DNA from: an uncultured Staphylococcaceae bacterium
GTDB lineage: Bacteria; Bacillota_I; Bacilli_A; RFN20; CAG-826
DNA length: 44,711 nt
Direction of reading: 5' to 3'
NCBI GenBank assembly: GCA_964438495.1
Contig: CAYTKX010000001.1
Span: 1 to 44,711, forward strand
Numbering within the stretch: the stretch's first letter is position 1; the number at the start of each line of letters is the position of its first letter. Under the pieces are notes generated by a model. The model searched no databases, was not told where the DNA came from, and worked only from the letters and a program-made list of their open reading frames with translations. Below, piece by piece: positions 1 through 8,755 of this stretch. The translations under genes were made by a program, and so were the position numbers.

Positions 1-623
1 GCAGAAGCAGTAAACGGAATTCTTGTCGTATAACCAGCTTTAGCGGCGACAATCATTTTCGTAGGCCACGCGAAGACATCAGCGTTCCAAACATTTACGA
101 CATCATTGTAAAGTTCACGGGCTGCGGTAATTTCACGTTGTAAGTAACTATTTTGTTGCATCGCATCTTGAATCGCTTGGTGGGCTTTAAGCTCGGGATA
201 ATTTTCAAACGCTACGTTAAGGCGATTGGTGACATCCCCGGCTTGGCCGGCAACTTCGTTACGACCTTCATCGTTATTAACACCGCTACGATAAGCGGCA
301 ATAGTTGTAAAGGTATCTTTATCAAGAGCGACGGCACGATTAACTAAACCAACGACGTTATTTAAAATAATGACCCGTTGTTCTAAATAGTTATCGATTT
401 GACTCGCGTGATGTTGAATCCTTTGTTGTAATTGTTGAAAGTGTTTGCGGGCTTTAATTTTCATAAATAAGAAAATGAGTCCGGGAATAATGAAGATCCA
501 TAAAATGACTTCAAAGAGGGTTGAACCCCATCCTACTTTCACCTTTAGTTGTTTGTTAATAACATTGATGTCTTGTCCTTGTTCGTTAACTGGACCAGTT
601 AATTCATCTAATTCATTTCCCAT
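1..623 (-). CDS. lemA: LemA family membrane protein (C-terminal end runs off the window)
   Basis: Not in the supplied ORF track because there is no stop inside the window. The reverse-strand frame starts at ATG (rc of 621-623), with AGGAGA (rc of 635-640) 11 nt upstream, and stays open to position 3 (207 codons). My translation is MGNELDELTGPVNEQ...WGSTLFEVILWIFIIPGLIFLFM (one TM)...FENYPELKAHQAIQDAMQQNSYLQREITAARELYNDVVNVWN, which is the LemA core pattern. Confidence 0.8.
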   Translation of the reverse strand, partial: MGNELDELTGPVNEQGQDINVINKQLKVKVGWGSTLFEVILWIFIIPGLIFLFMKIKARKHFQQLQQRIQHHASQIDNYLEQRVIILNNVVGLVNRAVALDKDTFTTIAAYRSGVNNDEGRNEVAGQAGDVTNRLNVAFENYPELKAHQAIQDAMQQNSYLQREITAARELYNDVVNVWNADVFAWPTKMIVAAKAGYTTRIPFTAS

Positions 624-663
624 AGTATTAAATTTCTCCTTTCGTTTATTATACTACTAATGG

Positions 664-2505
664 TTATTTTCCTTTAATAATTTTATCTAAATATTCATTA
701 TCGTCAGCTTTAAACGTTTCATGCATGATAAACGCTAAGACACGGCGACTTGTAACGGGACTATTTTTACTATATTTACTAAGGTATTCTTCAATTTGGC
801 CAAGAATTCCGCCGTGTGTCACTTTATTTTCTGCTTCTTCGTTTAATACTTTAACGTTAATGACTGATTCTTGTTCAACGGGTATATATTCAACCCAGTG
901 GACTGGAACATGATGAATGCTACCGTTTCCCGCTCTTTTTGGCACCATTGTTGTACGATTGATTGTTTTATAACCATAACTTGTGACGCCGACAACATCA
1001 AAGTCTTTCCCCTTATTTAATACTTTCGTTTTTAAGATGTTTTTGGTCTTACTTTCGGGGTGACTTAAAGCGTCACTTGGAAATTGGTTAGCCACTGCTT
1101 CGTGTTCATAAAATGAAAGATGCGATTTATAATCTTGCGCGTAAATAAATTCTTGTGGTTTATGTTGTTGATAAAGCGGGACGGCAAGAATTGGTGCTAA
1201 GTTAAAATAGAAATAACGCATAAAGTCATTATTGTATTTAATAAAGCGTTTCGCGATTTCCTTATTATTATAATGATAATAGTTACGCGGATCACCGCTA
1301 TAATCAAAGGCTTGGGAATGGCGCGAACGAATTAAGTTTAAGTTCTTTGTTTTATGGAATTCAAAGTCATCACCAAAGCCAACGGTTTTATCTTTGATAA
1401 GGTCTGTAATTTCCGATTGGCCTAAAGCAGTAAAGAGTAAACGAAACTCAAGTTCGTTTGTCCGATTGTAAGCATTAAAGAGCGCTTCAAACTCACTATT
1501 GCCCATTGGGGTAAATTGGTGACCTTTTTTAAGTGCTTGCTCGGTCATCTTTTTCATTTCTTTTTCTTCTTTTTTAACAAAAGCGTTTAAACTTTTTGGT
1601 GTCCAATCAAGCGGAAGTTGCGGATAACGACTAAAGGACAGATTAGGCGCGGCTTCATTACCGTAAATAATGACAGTATCATTGTAGTAATAAGGACACG
1701 GTTTTGTAACCGAGGCGGTTAAAGTTTCCGTTCGGACTTGGGTTTGCGCTTTATTATTAACGTAGACCGTTACCGTATAACTAACGGTGATCGAACCAGT
1801 GTACGTCTTCGTTCCCATATAAGTATTAAGTGCGCGCGAAAGTAAAAAGGGATTACCTTGTATTTCGCCACTTTGGACAAATAAAGCTGAAGAATCAACA
1901 TCAAGTTCATCACTTAAGCCATACTTGCGATTTAAATAATCAAACCGCCTAGAATCAAAAACAGGGTCCATTGTTAATAAAGGAATTGTTTTCTCAACGA
2001 GCATTGGAGTCATTGATGAATCAAAAAGAGCATTAAGGGGATTCATTTGTGACCACGCTTCATCAATTTTAGCGTCTCTTTTATTCGTCAACATATTAAG
2101 TTCTTTTTCGGCATTTTTAATGCGCGGTTTATAGACTTTAATATTGACGATAATAAGTGTAATTGCAATCCCTAGTGATAACACCGCTAAAACAATCGCC
2201 AAAGCGGGAGTTAAGGCAGTGCCATTTAAAGTTGCCTGATAAATAAAAACAGCGGTAAGTACAAAAAGGGCGACAATTAGGAAAATAAAAAAGCCACGCC
2301 AGCCACGGGCTCTCTTTAATCTTTTCTCCTCTTTACCGATTTTGTCATTAAGAGTATTAATTTCTTTAATTGTTAAGTCGTTGAGGGCAAGATCAACCCC
2401 GCTTTGTTTCACTAACGTGTTAAAAAAGTTAACGACATTTTCTTGATGTGCGCTTTTAAACTGATCGCGAAACTCTTCTAGGGGATCAAATATTAGTTTC
2501 TTCAT
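664..2505 (-). CDS. Hypothetical 613-aa membrane protein (2 TM helices, large C-terminal domain, no recognised family)
   Basis: Long ORF starting at ATG 2505. It has a charged, coiled N-terminal ~85 aa, then two hydrophobic helices (GFFIFLIVALFVLTAVFIY; ALAIVLAVLSLGIAITLIIVNI), then ~470 aa with no motif I recognise. It ends 40 nt upstream of lemA on the same strand. Confidence 0.7.
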   Translation of the reverse strand: MKKLIFDPLEEFRDQFKSAHQENVVNFFNTLVKQSGVDLALNDLTIKEINTLNDKIGKEEKRLKRARGWRGFFIFLIVALFVLTAVFIYQATLNGTALTPALAIVLAVLSLGIAITLIIVNIKVYKPRIKNAEKELNMLTNKRDAKIDEAWSQMNPLNALFDSSMTPMLVEKTIPLLTMDPVFDSRRFDYLNRKYGLSDELDVDSSALFVQSGEIQGNPFLLSRALNTYMGTKTYTGSITVSYTVTVYVNNKAQTQVRTETLTASVTKPCPYYYNDTVIIYGNEAAPNLSFSRYPQLPLDWTPKSLNAFVKKEEKEMKKMTEQALKKGHQFTPMGNSEFEALFNAYNRTNELEFRLLFTALGQSEITDLIKDKTVGFGDDFEFHKTKNLNLIRSRHSQAFDYSGDPRNYYHYNNKEIAKRFIKYNNDFMRYFYFNLAPILAVPLYQQHKPQEFIYAQDYKSHLSFYEHEAVANQFPSDALSHPESKTKNILKTKVLNKGKDFDVVGVTSYGYKTINRTTMVPKRAGNGSIHHVPVHWVEYIPVEQESVINVKVLNEEAENKVTHGGILGQIEEYLSKYSKNSPVTSRRVLAFIMHETFKADDNEYLDKIIKGK

Positions 2506-2511
2506 AAATAA

Positions 2512-2517
2512 ATTATA
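2512..2517 (-). promoter_or_regulatory. Candidate -10 box (TATAAT) 6 nt upstream of the ATG of the 613-aa gene; possible leaderless transcript
   Basis: The rc of 2512-2517 is TATAAT. Only 6 nt (ttattt) separate it from ATG 2505, and no purine-rich SD is present. Confidence 0.4.
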
Positions 2518-2529
2518 CTCATAAAATAA

Positions 2530-2556
2530 AAAAAACTACCAAAAAAATAGTTTTTT
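2530..2556 (-). terminator. Weak A/T-rich hairpin downstream of trxA
   Basis: AAAAAACTA (2530-2538) pairs with TAGTTTTTT (2548-2556) across a 9-nt loop. On the minus strand it is followed by a T-rich tail. The stem is almost all A-T, so it is weak. Confidence 0.3.
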
Positions 2557-2573
2557 CTATTGATTTTTTAATT

Positions 2574-2882
2574 TTACTTGCCGTCAACGAAGTTTAAAAG
2601 TGGAGTTTTCGCAACATAACCTTTACGTTCACCAACTTTATTACCGTTTTTAAAAAGGATTAAAGTCGGGATACTGCGAATACCAAATTGGGTCGCAAGT
2701 TCGCCAAAATTATCAACATCAACTTTTAAAATAGTGAGGTTTGGCCGTTCTTTATCAACTTCTTCTAAGACCGGTCCAAGCATGCGGCATGGACCACACC
2801 AATCAGCGTAAAAGTCGACAAGAACGTGGTCTTTACTAATAATTTCTTGGAAGTCGAGCACATTTTCTAAATAAATAATCAT
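2574..2882 (-). CDS. trxA: Thioredoxin
   Basis: WCGPC active site (DFYADWCGPCRMLGP) and ~100-aa thioredoxin length. I moved the start to the internal ATG at 2882 (MIIYLENV...), which has AGGAGA 6 nt upstream; the track ORF start at 2918 has none. Confidence 0.9.
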   Translation of the reverse strand: MIIYLENVLDFQEIISKDHVLVDFYADWCGPCRMLGPVLEEVDKERPNLTILKVDVDNFGELATQFGIRSIPTLILFKNGNKVGERKGYVAKTPLLNFVDGK

Positions 2883-2892
2883 CTTTTTTCTC

Positions 2893-3729
2893 CTATATAA
2901 GTATTGATATAAGGGCAATAATTATTATGTGTACGGGGAAGAACAAATAATAAATAATGCGGAACGGTTTTTGGTTATAGCCAAGTTTACCGTTATAAAG
3001 TAATAATAAGAAGATCGTAATAAGGCCATAACTTTGTAACGCCATATTTGTAGAACTCTTACTAAATACGCTTAAAATATACCAAATGAATGTAATGAAT
3101 AAAAGGGAAACGCTACTGCCAACGTTTAAAACAAACTGTTTTTGTAAGTTTTGCTCGTTGCTTTCATTTTCGTTATCTTCATTTAGCGCGGGATTATAAC
3201 GGGCATATAAATATAAAGCAATTTTTCGCCCGATATAAAAAGCAATAATTAAGGCGATACCATAGAAAGCATAATCACCCGTGTATATTTTTAAATAACT
3301 CATTCGCTCATAATAAAATAAATAGTTCAGCGTCATAACGGCAATGAAAGGAAGAAGGTAATACACTCTTTTCCACCTTTTAGTCTCAAAGTAAGTTAAA
3401 AGCGATGCCCCCGCTAAAAGGGTCGCAAACACATTAGGATAAGCAAAAGTAGCATCATAGCTAAACGCAACAATACTTAATGCTTGCATTACTAAATACA
3501 TAATGAAAAGTCTTAATAAATAACGGTCATGATTACGGGTTTTAACAATTCCTTCACTTACAAAAAAAGCAAAGAGAATAAACGCCAAGCGTCCAATAAT
3601 GCGCATTAAGTCATAGGTAAATAAAGCTGGAGAAATAAAAGCAAAAGCAATATGATCACTTAAAACTGCAACCATCGCAATGATTTTTAAGATAAAGCTT
3701 GATAGCACTAAATGTTTATTTTGCAGCAT
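2893..3729 (-). CDS. TraX family membrane protein
   Basis: Polytopic membrane protein whose N-terminus (LKIIAMVAVLSDHIAF) resembles the TraX-family signature (LK.IA...M..DH). It overlaps the upstream CPBP gene by 14 nt. Confidence 0.6.
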   Translation of the reverse strand: MLQNKHLVLSSFILKIIAMVAVLSDHIAFAFISPALFTYDLMRIIGRLAFILFAFFVSEGIVKTRNHDRYLLRLFIMYLVMQALSIVAFSYDATFAYPNVFATLLAGASLLTYFETKRWKRVYYLLPFIAVMTLNYLFYYERMSYLKIYTGDYAFYGIALIIAFYIGRKIALYLYARYNPALNEDNENESNEQNLQKQFVLNVGSSVSLLFITFIWYILSVFSKSSTNMALQSYGLITIFLLLLYNGKLGYNQKPFRIIYYLFFPVHIIIIALISILI

Positions 3730-4558
3730 AAATTCTAATAATTGTCAGAATATAACTTAATAAGTTATTACTAATATGGGCAACACTACTTCCGACAAAG
3801 CCAATCTTTTCATAAGTATAAGCAAAGAGCAATCCGCTTATGATATAACCCGGAATATTAATAAATTCATTAATTAACTGGGCGGTAACTACCTCTCCTT
3901 CAGCGTCAAGCGGGATATTAAAGTGAATAAAGCCAAAGATAATACCCGAGACAACATAGGCTAAGATGCGATTTTTTTGTCTTAAACCTTCAAATAGGCC
4001 AAGCCGATATAAAATCTCTTCAATAACCGGACCCACTAAGACAATCCAAATAAAAGAAGTAAAGGGATAGTTACTGATTATTAATTCAATCGAGGACTGG
4101 TTGATGTTACTTGTGGTATCAGAAAAGATGAGACCCGTTAAAAGATTATAAGAAACGGACGCTAAAATAATGATAAAACCATAAAATAAGCCGTAAACGT
4201 ACGGTTTTAGTTTTGTAAACTGTAAGGCAAGCGGTTTTAATAATTTAAAAAGGAATAGTAATAAAATAAAGAACGCAAACAAAGTGACGTAGATTAAAAA
4301 GTTCGATAGACTCGCGTATAAAATATTATTAGTCGCAGGTGTAACATTAAAAGCTTTTAATATCGCGTCAGTTAAAAACGATAATAAATACATGGCGATA
4401 ACGCCAAAGATAATAATAAAAAAGTGGTAGAGTGCTTTTGTTTTCGCTGGTGGCCCTTCATCTATAAGCGGGGTTACCGTTAAAGCTTCATTCTCTACAA
4501 CAAGGGATCGATCGTCTTCAATATTACTTTGTTCTTTATAAAAGTCATTTTGTTGCAT
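3716..4558 (-). CDS. CPBP (CAAX/Abi-type) intramembrane glutamic protease
   Basis: Multi-TM protein with the CPBP motifs EE..YR (GPVIEEILYRLGLF), F..H (FGFIHF) and a distal H (VAHISNN). Confidence 0.8.
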   Translation of the reverse strand: MQQNDFYKEQSNIEDDRSLVVENEALTVTPLIDEGPPAKTKALYHFFIIIFGVIAMYLLSFLTDAILKAFNVTPATNNILYASLSNFLIYVTLFAFFILLLFLFKLLKPLALQFTKLKPYVYGLFYGFIIILASVSYNLLTGLIFSDTTSNINQSSIELIISNYPFTSFIWIVLVGPVIEEILYRLGLFEGLRQKNRILAYVVSGIIFGFIHFNIPLDAEGEVVTAQLINEFINIPGYIISGLLFAYTYEKIGFVGSSVAHISNNLLSYILTIIRIYAAK

Positions 4559-4564
4559 ATGTAG

Positions 4565-4573
4565 ATTATAGCA
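4565..4573 (-). promoter_or_regulatory. Extended -10 (TGCTATAAT) 6 nt upstream of the CPBP ATG; possible leaderless transcript
   Basis: The rc of 4565-4573 is TGCTATAAT. Six nt (ctacat) follow, then ATG 4558. No SD. Confidence 0.45.
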
Positions 4574-4615
4574 AACTAAATATTACTTATATAGTAAAGC
4601 GTTTTTCTTACTTCT

Positions 4616-4624
4616 TGATACAAT
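4616..4624 (+). promoter_or_regulatory. Extended -10 (TGATACAAT) 6 nt upstream of the YigZ-family ATG; possible leaderless transcript
   Basis: TGATACAAT at 4616-4624, then taattt, then ATG 4631. No SD. Confidence 0.45.
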
Positions 4625-4630
4625 TAATTT

Positions 4631-5233
4631 ATGGGTTATGTCATCAGTGAAATGTATGTAAGTGAACTTATTGTCGAAAAGTCACGCTTTATTGGTCTTC
4701 TCTGTCCATTAAATAATGAAAATGATTTTGATTTCTACTTTAATGAAGCTAAAAAAACTTTTAAAGACGCGCGTCATTATACTTATGCTTATCGCTTTGG
4801 TAATGTCGAACGGGCGAGTGACGACGGGGAACCGCAAAATACGGCGGGGTTACCACTTTTAAATTTACTGAAGACGAATGACTTTAATAATACGCTTCTT
4901 ATCGTAGTTCGCTATTTTGGCGGTAAAAAACTCGGGGCCGGACGCTTACTCCGCACTTACGTTGAAACAGGGACTAAAGTCATAAGTTTAGCCCATAAAT
5001 TAATCGAAATACCTGCTTTTTGCTATGAAATTATTGTTCCTATTCGTGATTATGACCGCGTTATTCATTATTTAGAAACAAGTGAAAGTGAAGTCATTAA
5101 TAGTGACTTCTCTGACATTGATGTCGTTATCACTGTAAACGTTAGTAAAACTAATGCAGTTGCCTTTGAAAGCATTTATAATATTAAGAGCAAAGAAGAG
5201 TCAGTGTTACTCAAGGAGGATCATAATGAGTGA
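4631..5233 (+). CDS. YigZ / IMPACT family (UPF0029) protein
   Basis: Family hallmarks: KSRFIG, HYTYAYRFG, DDGEPQNTAG.PLL, VVRYFGGKKLGAGRLLRTY. It ends with TGA at 5231-5233. Confidence 0.8.
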   Translation: MGYVISEMYVSELIVEKSRFIGLLCPLNNENDFDFYFNEAKKTFKDARHYTYAYRFGNVERASDDGEPQNTAGLPLLNLLKTNDFNNTLLIVVRYFGGKKLGAGRLLRTYVETGTKVISLAHKLIEIPAFCYEIIVPIRDYDRVIHYLETSESEVINSDFSDIDVVITVNVSKTNAVAFESIYNIKSKEESVLLKEDHNE

Positions 5234-5978
5234 TAAATCAGTAAATAAATTTAGCAATATTCGACGTATTTACGGTATTGTTTCCGGTAAAGGCGGCGTT
5301 GGTAAAAGTTTTGTGACTGCTAGTTTAGCGGTCGAACTTAATAAAATGGGATTTAATGTAGGAATATTAGACGCAGATATTACTGGTCCCTCAATCCCTC
5401 ATATGTTTGGGATAAAAGAAGGCGTCTATGGCGATGAAGAAAAAATTTACCCTGCTGTTAGTAGAACGGGCATTAAAATCATATCATCAGCCCTTTTACT
5501 AAGTGACGGTGAAGATCCCATTATGTGGCGCGGTCCTTTAATTGGTGACTTAGTAACCCAATTTTATACAACTGTTAACTGGGGAGAGCTTGACATCTTA
5601 TTAATTGATTTCCCACCCGGCACAAGTGATGTTGCGCTTAGCAGTTTTCAACAAATTCCAATCAATGGCATTATCTTAGTCACTACTCCCCAACAAATGG
5701 TAAATACGATGGTCAGAAAGACGAAAAAAATGGCCGAAGAGTTAAATGTTGATGTACTTGGCGTAGTTTTAAATATGAGCCATTTTGAAGTACCAAAGAC
5801 TGGTGAACGTCACTATATGTTTGGTGAGGTTAACGTTCAAGAAATCGAAGATGTTTTTCGGCTGCAAACCTTAGGGGCCGTTCCTTTCGTCCCTGGTGAC
5901 GCTAAACTTGCGGATGCCGGAAAAATAGAATCCGTTCATAATTCAATTATTGAAATGGTGGCAAAAGAAATATATTAG
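5226..5978 (+). CDS. Mrp/NBP35 (ApbC-like) P-loop ATPase, Fe-S cluster carrier family
   Basis: Deviant Walker A SGKGGVGKS, DADITGPS, and DILLIDFPPGTSD. I set the start at ATG 5226 (MSDKSVNKF), 6 nt after AAGGAGGA at 5212-5219. It overlaps the YigZ stop. Confidence 0.85.
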   Translation: MSDKSVNKFSNIRRIYGIVSGKGGVGKSFVTASLAVELNKMGFNVGILDADITGPSIPHMFGIKEGVYGDEEKIYPAVSRTGIKIISSALLLSDGEDPIMWRGPLIGDLVTQFYTTVNWGELDILLIDFPPGTSDVALSSFQQIPINGIILVTTPQQMVNTMVRKTKKMAEELNVDVLGVVLNMSHFEVPKTGERHYMFGEVNVQEIEDVFRLQTLGAVPFVPGDAKLADAGKIESVHNSIIEMVAKEIY

Positions 5979-5988
5979 GAGGCAGAAC

Positions 5989-7200
5989 ATGCATATTTTT
6001 AAAGATCGGCGGAACCGACTAACCCAGAAAATGGAAGACAATAGTGCCTTAATACTTTTTAGTGGCACGGAAATTAAAAAAAGCGCCGATAGTGTTTTTG
6101 ACTTTGAAGTAAATCGTAACTTCTACTACTTAACTGGCATTAATCAAGAAAAGTCAATTTTACTTATTACGAAAGTAAATGGTGTGATTAAAGAAACTAT
6201 CTTCACCCTTGATTATGATCCACTTCAAGCCGTGTGGACGGGAAGACGTTACACAAAAGCAGAAGCAATTGCGATAAGTGGCGTTAAAGATCATAAAGTC
6301 ACGAATGAATATGACGATTACGTAAACTCTTTTAGTGATGCAATTAAAACAGTTTATCTTGACCTTGAAGACGGGGTTTTAACAAATACCGGTAAAGAAA
6401 CGAAAAAATACGGGCTTTTACTAAGCGCTCAACATAGTTATACTGTTAAAAACATCTATAACGAAATCGTGAGAATGCGCATGGTTAAAGATGATTATGA
6501 AGTTAAACTTATTAAAGATAGTATTACTTTAACCGCTAAGGCTTTAAAAGAAGCGATAAGTCATATCAAAAGTGGCATGTACGAATATGAAATTGCCGCA
6601 ATCTTTGAATACGGAATTAAAAAACATCACGGTCAATTAGGGTTTAATACGATTGCTGCGAGTGGCAAAAACGGAGTGATTTTACATTATCCGCATTTAG
6701 ACGCTAAACTTCAAGACGGTGATTTATTATTACTTGACTTAGGTGGCCATAACAATATGTATACGGCTGATATTTCGCGTACTGTGCCGATAAACGGTAA
6801 ATTTAGTGAGCTCCAAAAGAAACTTTATGAAATTGTCTTAGGCGCGAATAAAGCAGTCATTGCCTACGCAAAACCTGGCAAAACATTGCTCGATTTACAA
6901 GAATATACGAAAGCGTATTTAACAAAAGAACTTTTAGCCGCTAAACTTATGACTAAAGATGAAGCAATCACCCAATATTATTATCACGGTGTTTCCCACC
7001 ACCTTGGCCTTGATACCCATGACCCAGGGGAAAGAAGTTTACCGTTAGAAAAAGGTAATGTTATTACCGTTGAACCAGGCCTATACTTTGCAAAACATGG
7101 TATTGGGATTCGGGTTGAAGATAATATTTTAATTACGGAAGACGGAGCGATTAATCTATCAATTGAAATTCCAAAAGAAGTAAAGGATATTACGTTTTAA
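5989..7200 (+). CDS. Xaa-Pro aminopeptidase/dipeptidase (peptidase M24B)
   Basis: M24 metal-ligand pattern: DLG...YTADISRT, HGVSHHLGLDTHD, VEPGLY, IRVEDN. I set the start at ATG 5989 (MHIFKDRR), after AGGAGG at 5977-5982. Confidence 0.85.
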   Translation: MHIFKDRRNRLTQKMEDNSALILFSGTEIKKSADSVFDFEVNRNFYYLTGINQEKSILLITKVNGVIKETIFTLDYDPLQAVWTGRRYTKAEAIAISGVKDHKVTNEYDDYVNSFSDAIKTVYLDLEDGVLTNTGKETKKYGLLLSAQHSYTVKNIYNEIVRMRMVKDDYEVKLIKDSITLTAKALKEAISHIKSGMYEYEIAAIFEYGIKKHHGQLGFNTIAASGKNGVILHYPHLDAKLQDGDLLLLDLGGHNNMYTADISRTVPINGKFSELQKKLYEIVLGANKAVIAYAKPGKTLLDLQEYTKAYLTKELLAAKLMTKDEAITQYYYHGVSHHLGLDTHDPGERSLPLEKGNVITVEPGLYFAKHGIGIRVEDNILITEDGAINLSIEIPKEVKDITF

Positions 7201-8690
7201 TGGAAAAATATATTTTAACAATTGATCAAGGCACTACTTCGACACGAGCAATGCTTTTTGATAAAAACGCTGACATTTCGTTTATTGCCCAAGAAGAAGT
7301 AAAATGCTATTACCCAAAACCAGGATACGTCGAGCAAGATGCGATTGAATTATGGCTTAGTGTTTTAAGTGTCATTAATCAAGTGTTAATTAAAGCTAAT
7401 GTTTCGTTTGCAAACATTGATTCAATTGGTATTACTAATCAACGGGAAACGACCATTGTATGGGATAAAAACACGGGTATGCCTGTCGCTCCTGCTATTG
7501 TGTGGCAAAGCCGACAAAGTGCCCATATTTGTAATGAACTTAGTGAATATAAAGATTTAATTCATGAAAAAACTGGACTTTTAATTAACCCCTATTTTAG
7601 CGCTAGTAAGATTCGTTACATTTTAGATCATTTAGAAAACGGCCAAGAACGGGCAGAGCGTGGGGAACTTCTTTTTGGCACGGTTGATACGTGGATTATT
7701 TATAAGTTAACAAATGAGACGAATCATTTTACTGATGTCACAAATGCATCTAGAACAATGTTATATAACATTAACACCCTTGATTATGATGACGAACTAT
7801 TAAAAATATTTAATATCCCAAGAAGTATGTTACCGAAAGTTTTAGCAAGCTCAGACTTCTTTGGCGAAACAACGTTTTTTCATAACCATATGAAAATAAC
7901 CGGTGTAGCTGGTGACCAACAAGCTGCCTTATTTGGGCAAATGTGTTTAAAACCAGGAGACGCTAAAAATACATATGGCACTGGTTGCTTTATGCTTATG
8001 AATATTGGCGATAAACCCGAGTTATCCGAAAACGGATTACTTACAACTATCGCTTGGAAAATTGGTGATAAAGTAACATATGCTTTAGAAGGTAGTGTCT
8101 TTGTTGGTGGGGCCGCTGTGCAGTGGTTACGTGATGAATTAAAACTCTTTAAAGACGCAAAAGAGACGGAAAATGCAGCGTTAAGAGCCCATCAAAATGA
8201 TAATGTTTACTTTGTACCGGCTTTTGTGGGCCTCGGTACTCCTTATTGGGATGATAAAGCACGGGGCGCAATCTTTGGCTTAACACGCGAAGTTAGTGAC
8301 CTAGAAATAACAAGAGCAACCCTCGAAGCAATTGCCTATCAATCGCGCGATGTCTTTGATGTCATGATTAAAGAATCAAAACAAGATCTTAAAGTATTAA
8401 GCGTTGATGGGGGCGCTTCGGTTAATAACTATTTAATGCAGTTTCAGGCTGATATATTAAACACTAGTATCCGTGTTCCGAAGATTTACGAAACAACAAG
8501 TCTTGGGGTTTGCTATTTAGCGGGTTTATACACTGGCTTCTTCTCTTCAATTAAGGCTATTACGCGAATTCATGAATACGCAAGGACTTATACACCAAAG
8601 ATGGATGAAGAATTACGAATTCGTAAATATAACGGTTGGCAAAAAGCCGTGGCTGCTGTGTTAACTTTTAGTAGTGACGCTGAAGAATAA
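7200..8690 (+). CDS. glpK: Glycerol kinase
   Basis: FGGY kinase with N-terminal IDQGTTSTRAMLFD, GITNQRETT.VWD, and the expected 496-aa length. ATG 7200 overlaps the preceding TAA. Confidence 0.95.
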   Translation: MEKYILTIDQGTTSTRAMLFDKNADISFIAQEEVKCYYPKPGYVEQDAIELWLSVLSVINQVLIKANVSFANIDSIGITNQRETTIVWDKNTGMPVAPAIVWQSRQSAHICNELSEYKDLIHEKTGLLINPYFSASKIRYILDHLENGQERAERGELLFGTVDTWIIYKLTNETNHFTDVTNASRTMLYNINTLDYDDELLKIFNIPRSMLPKVLASSDFFGETTFFHNHMKITGVAGDQQAALFGQMCLKPGDAKNTYGTGCFMLMNIGDKPELSENGLLTTIAWKIGDKVTYALEGSVFVGGAAVQWLRDELKLFKDAKETENAALRAHQNDNVYFVPAFVGLGTPYWDDKARGAIFGLTREVSDLEITRATLEAIAYQSRDVFDVMIKESKQDLKVLSVDGGASVNNYLMQFQADILNTSIRVPKIYETTSLGVCYLAGLYTGFFSSIKAITRIHEYARTYTPKMDEELRIRKYNGWQKAVAAVLTFSSDAEE

Positions 8691-8739
8691 ATAATTATTT
8701 ATTTCCCATACAATTAGTGCCTTTGAACGGCTCTATTTT

Positions 8740-8748
8740 TGGTATAAT
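8740..8748 (+). promoter_or_regulatory. Extended -10 (TGGTATAAT) 7 nt upstream of the addB/rexB ATG; possible leaderless transcript
   Basis: Perfect TGnTATAAT at 8740-8748, then taaaaag, then ATG 8756. No SD. Confidence 0.45.
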
Positions 8749-8755
8749 TAAAAAG

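Noticed and set aside
153-660. Plus-strand ORFs 153-347 and 445-660 from the ORF track.
   Set aside because: They lie antisense to a much better reading frame: the LemA-family gene on the minus strand, which is open across the whole 1-623 interval and has an SD. Their translations have low complexity and no motifs.
725-913. 62-aa plus-strand ORF inside the 613-aa gene.
   Set aside because: It is antisense to a long ORF, has no SD and is an unremarkable peptide. This is typical of shadow ORFs in AT-rich DNA.
5154-5225. N-terminal extensions offered by the ORF track. Examples are 5154 for the Mrp-like gene, 5950 for the peptidase, 11031 for addA, 25842 for prpC, 26581 for prkC, 30007 for rpmB, 38427 for glgC and 42275 for leuS.
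   Set aside because: In each case an internal ATG or GTG sits 5-9 nt after a strong AGGAG-type SD and gives the family-typical N-terminus. The extensions would overlap the preceding gene extensively.
8689-8700. Perfect 12-nt palindrome AAATAATTATTT right after the glpK stop, considered as a terminator.
   Set aside because: It is all A/T with no loop, so it is too weak to be a stable hairpin. It is probably just AT-rich spacer.
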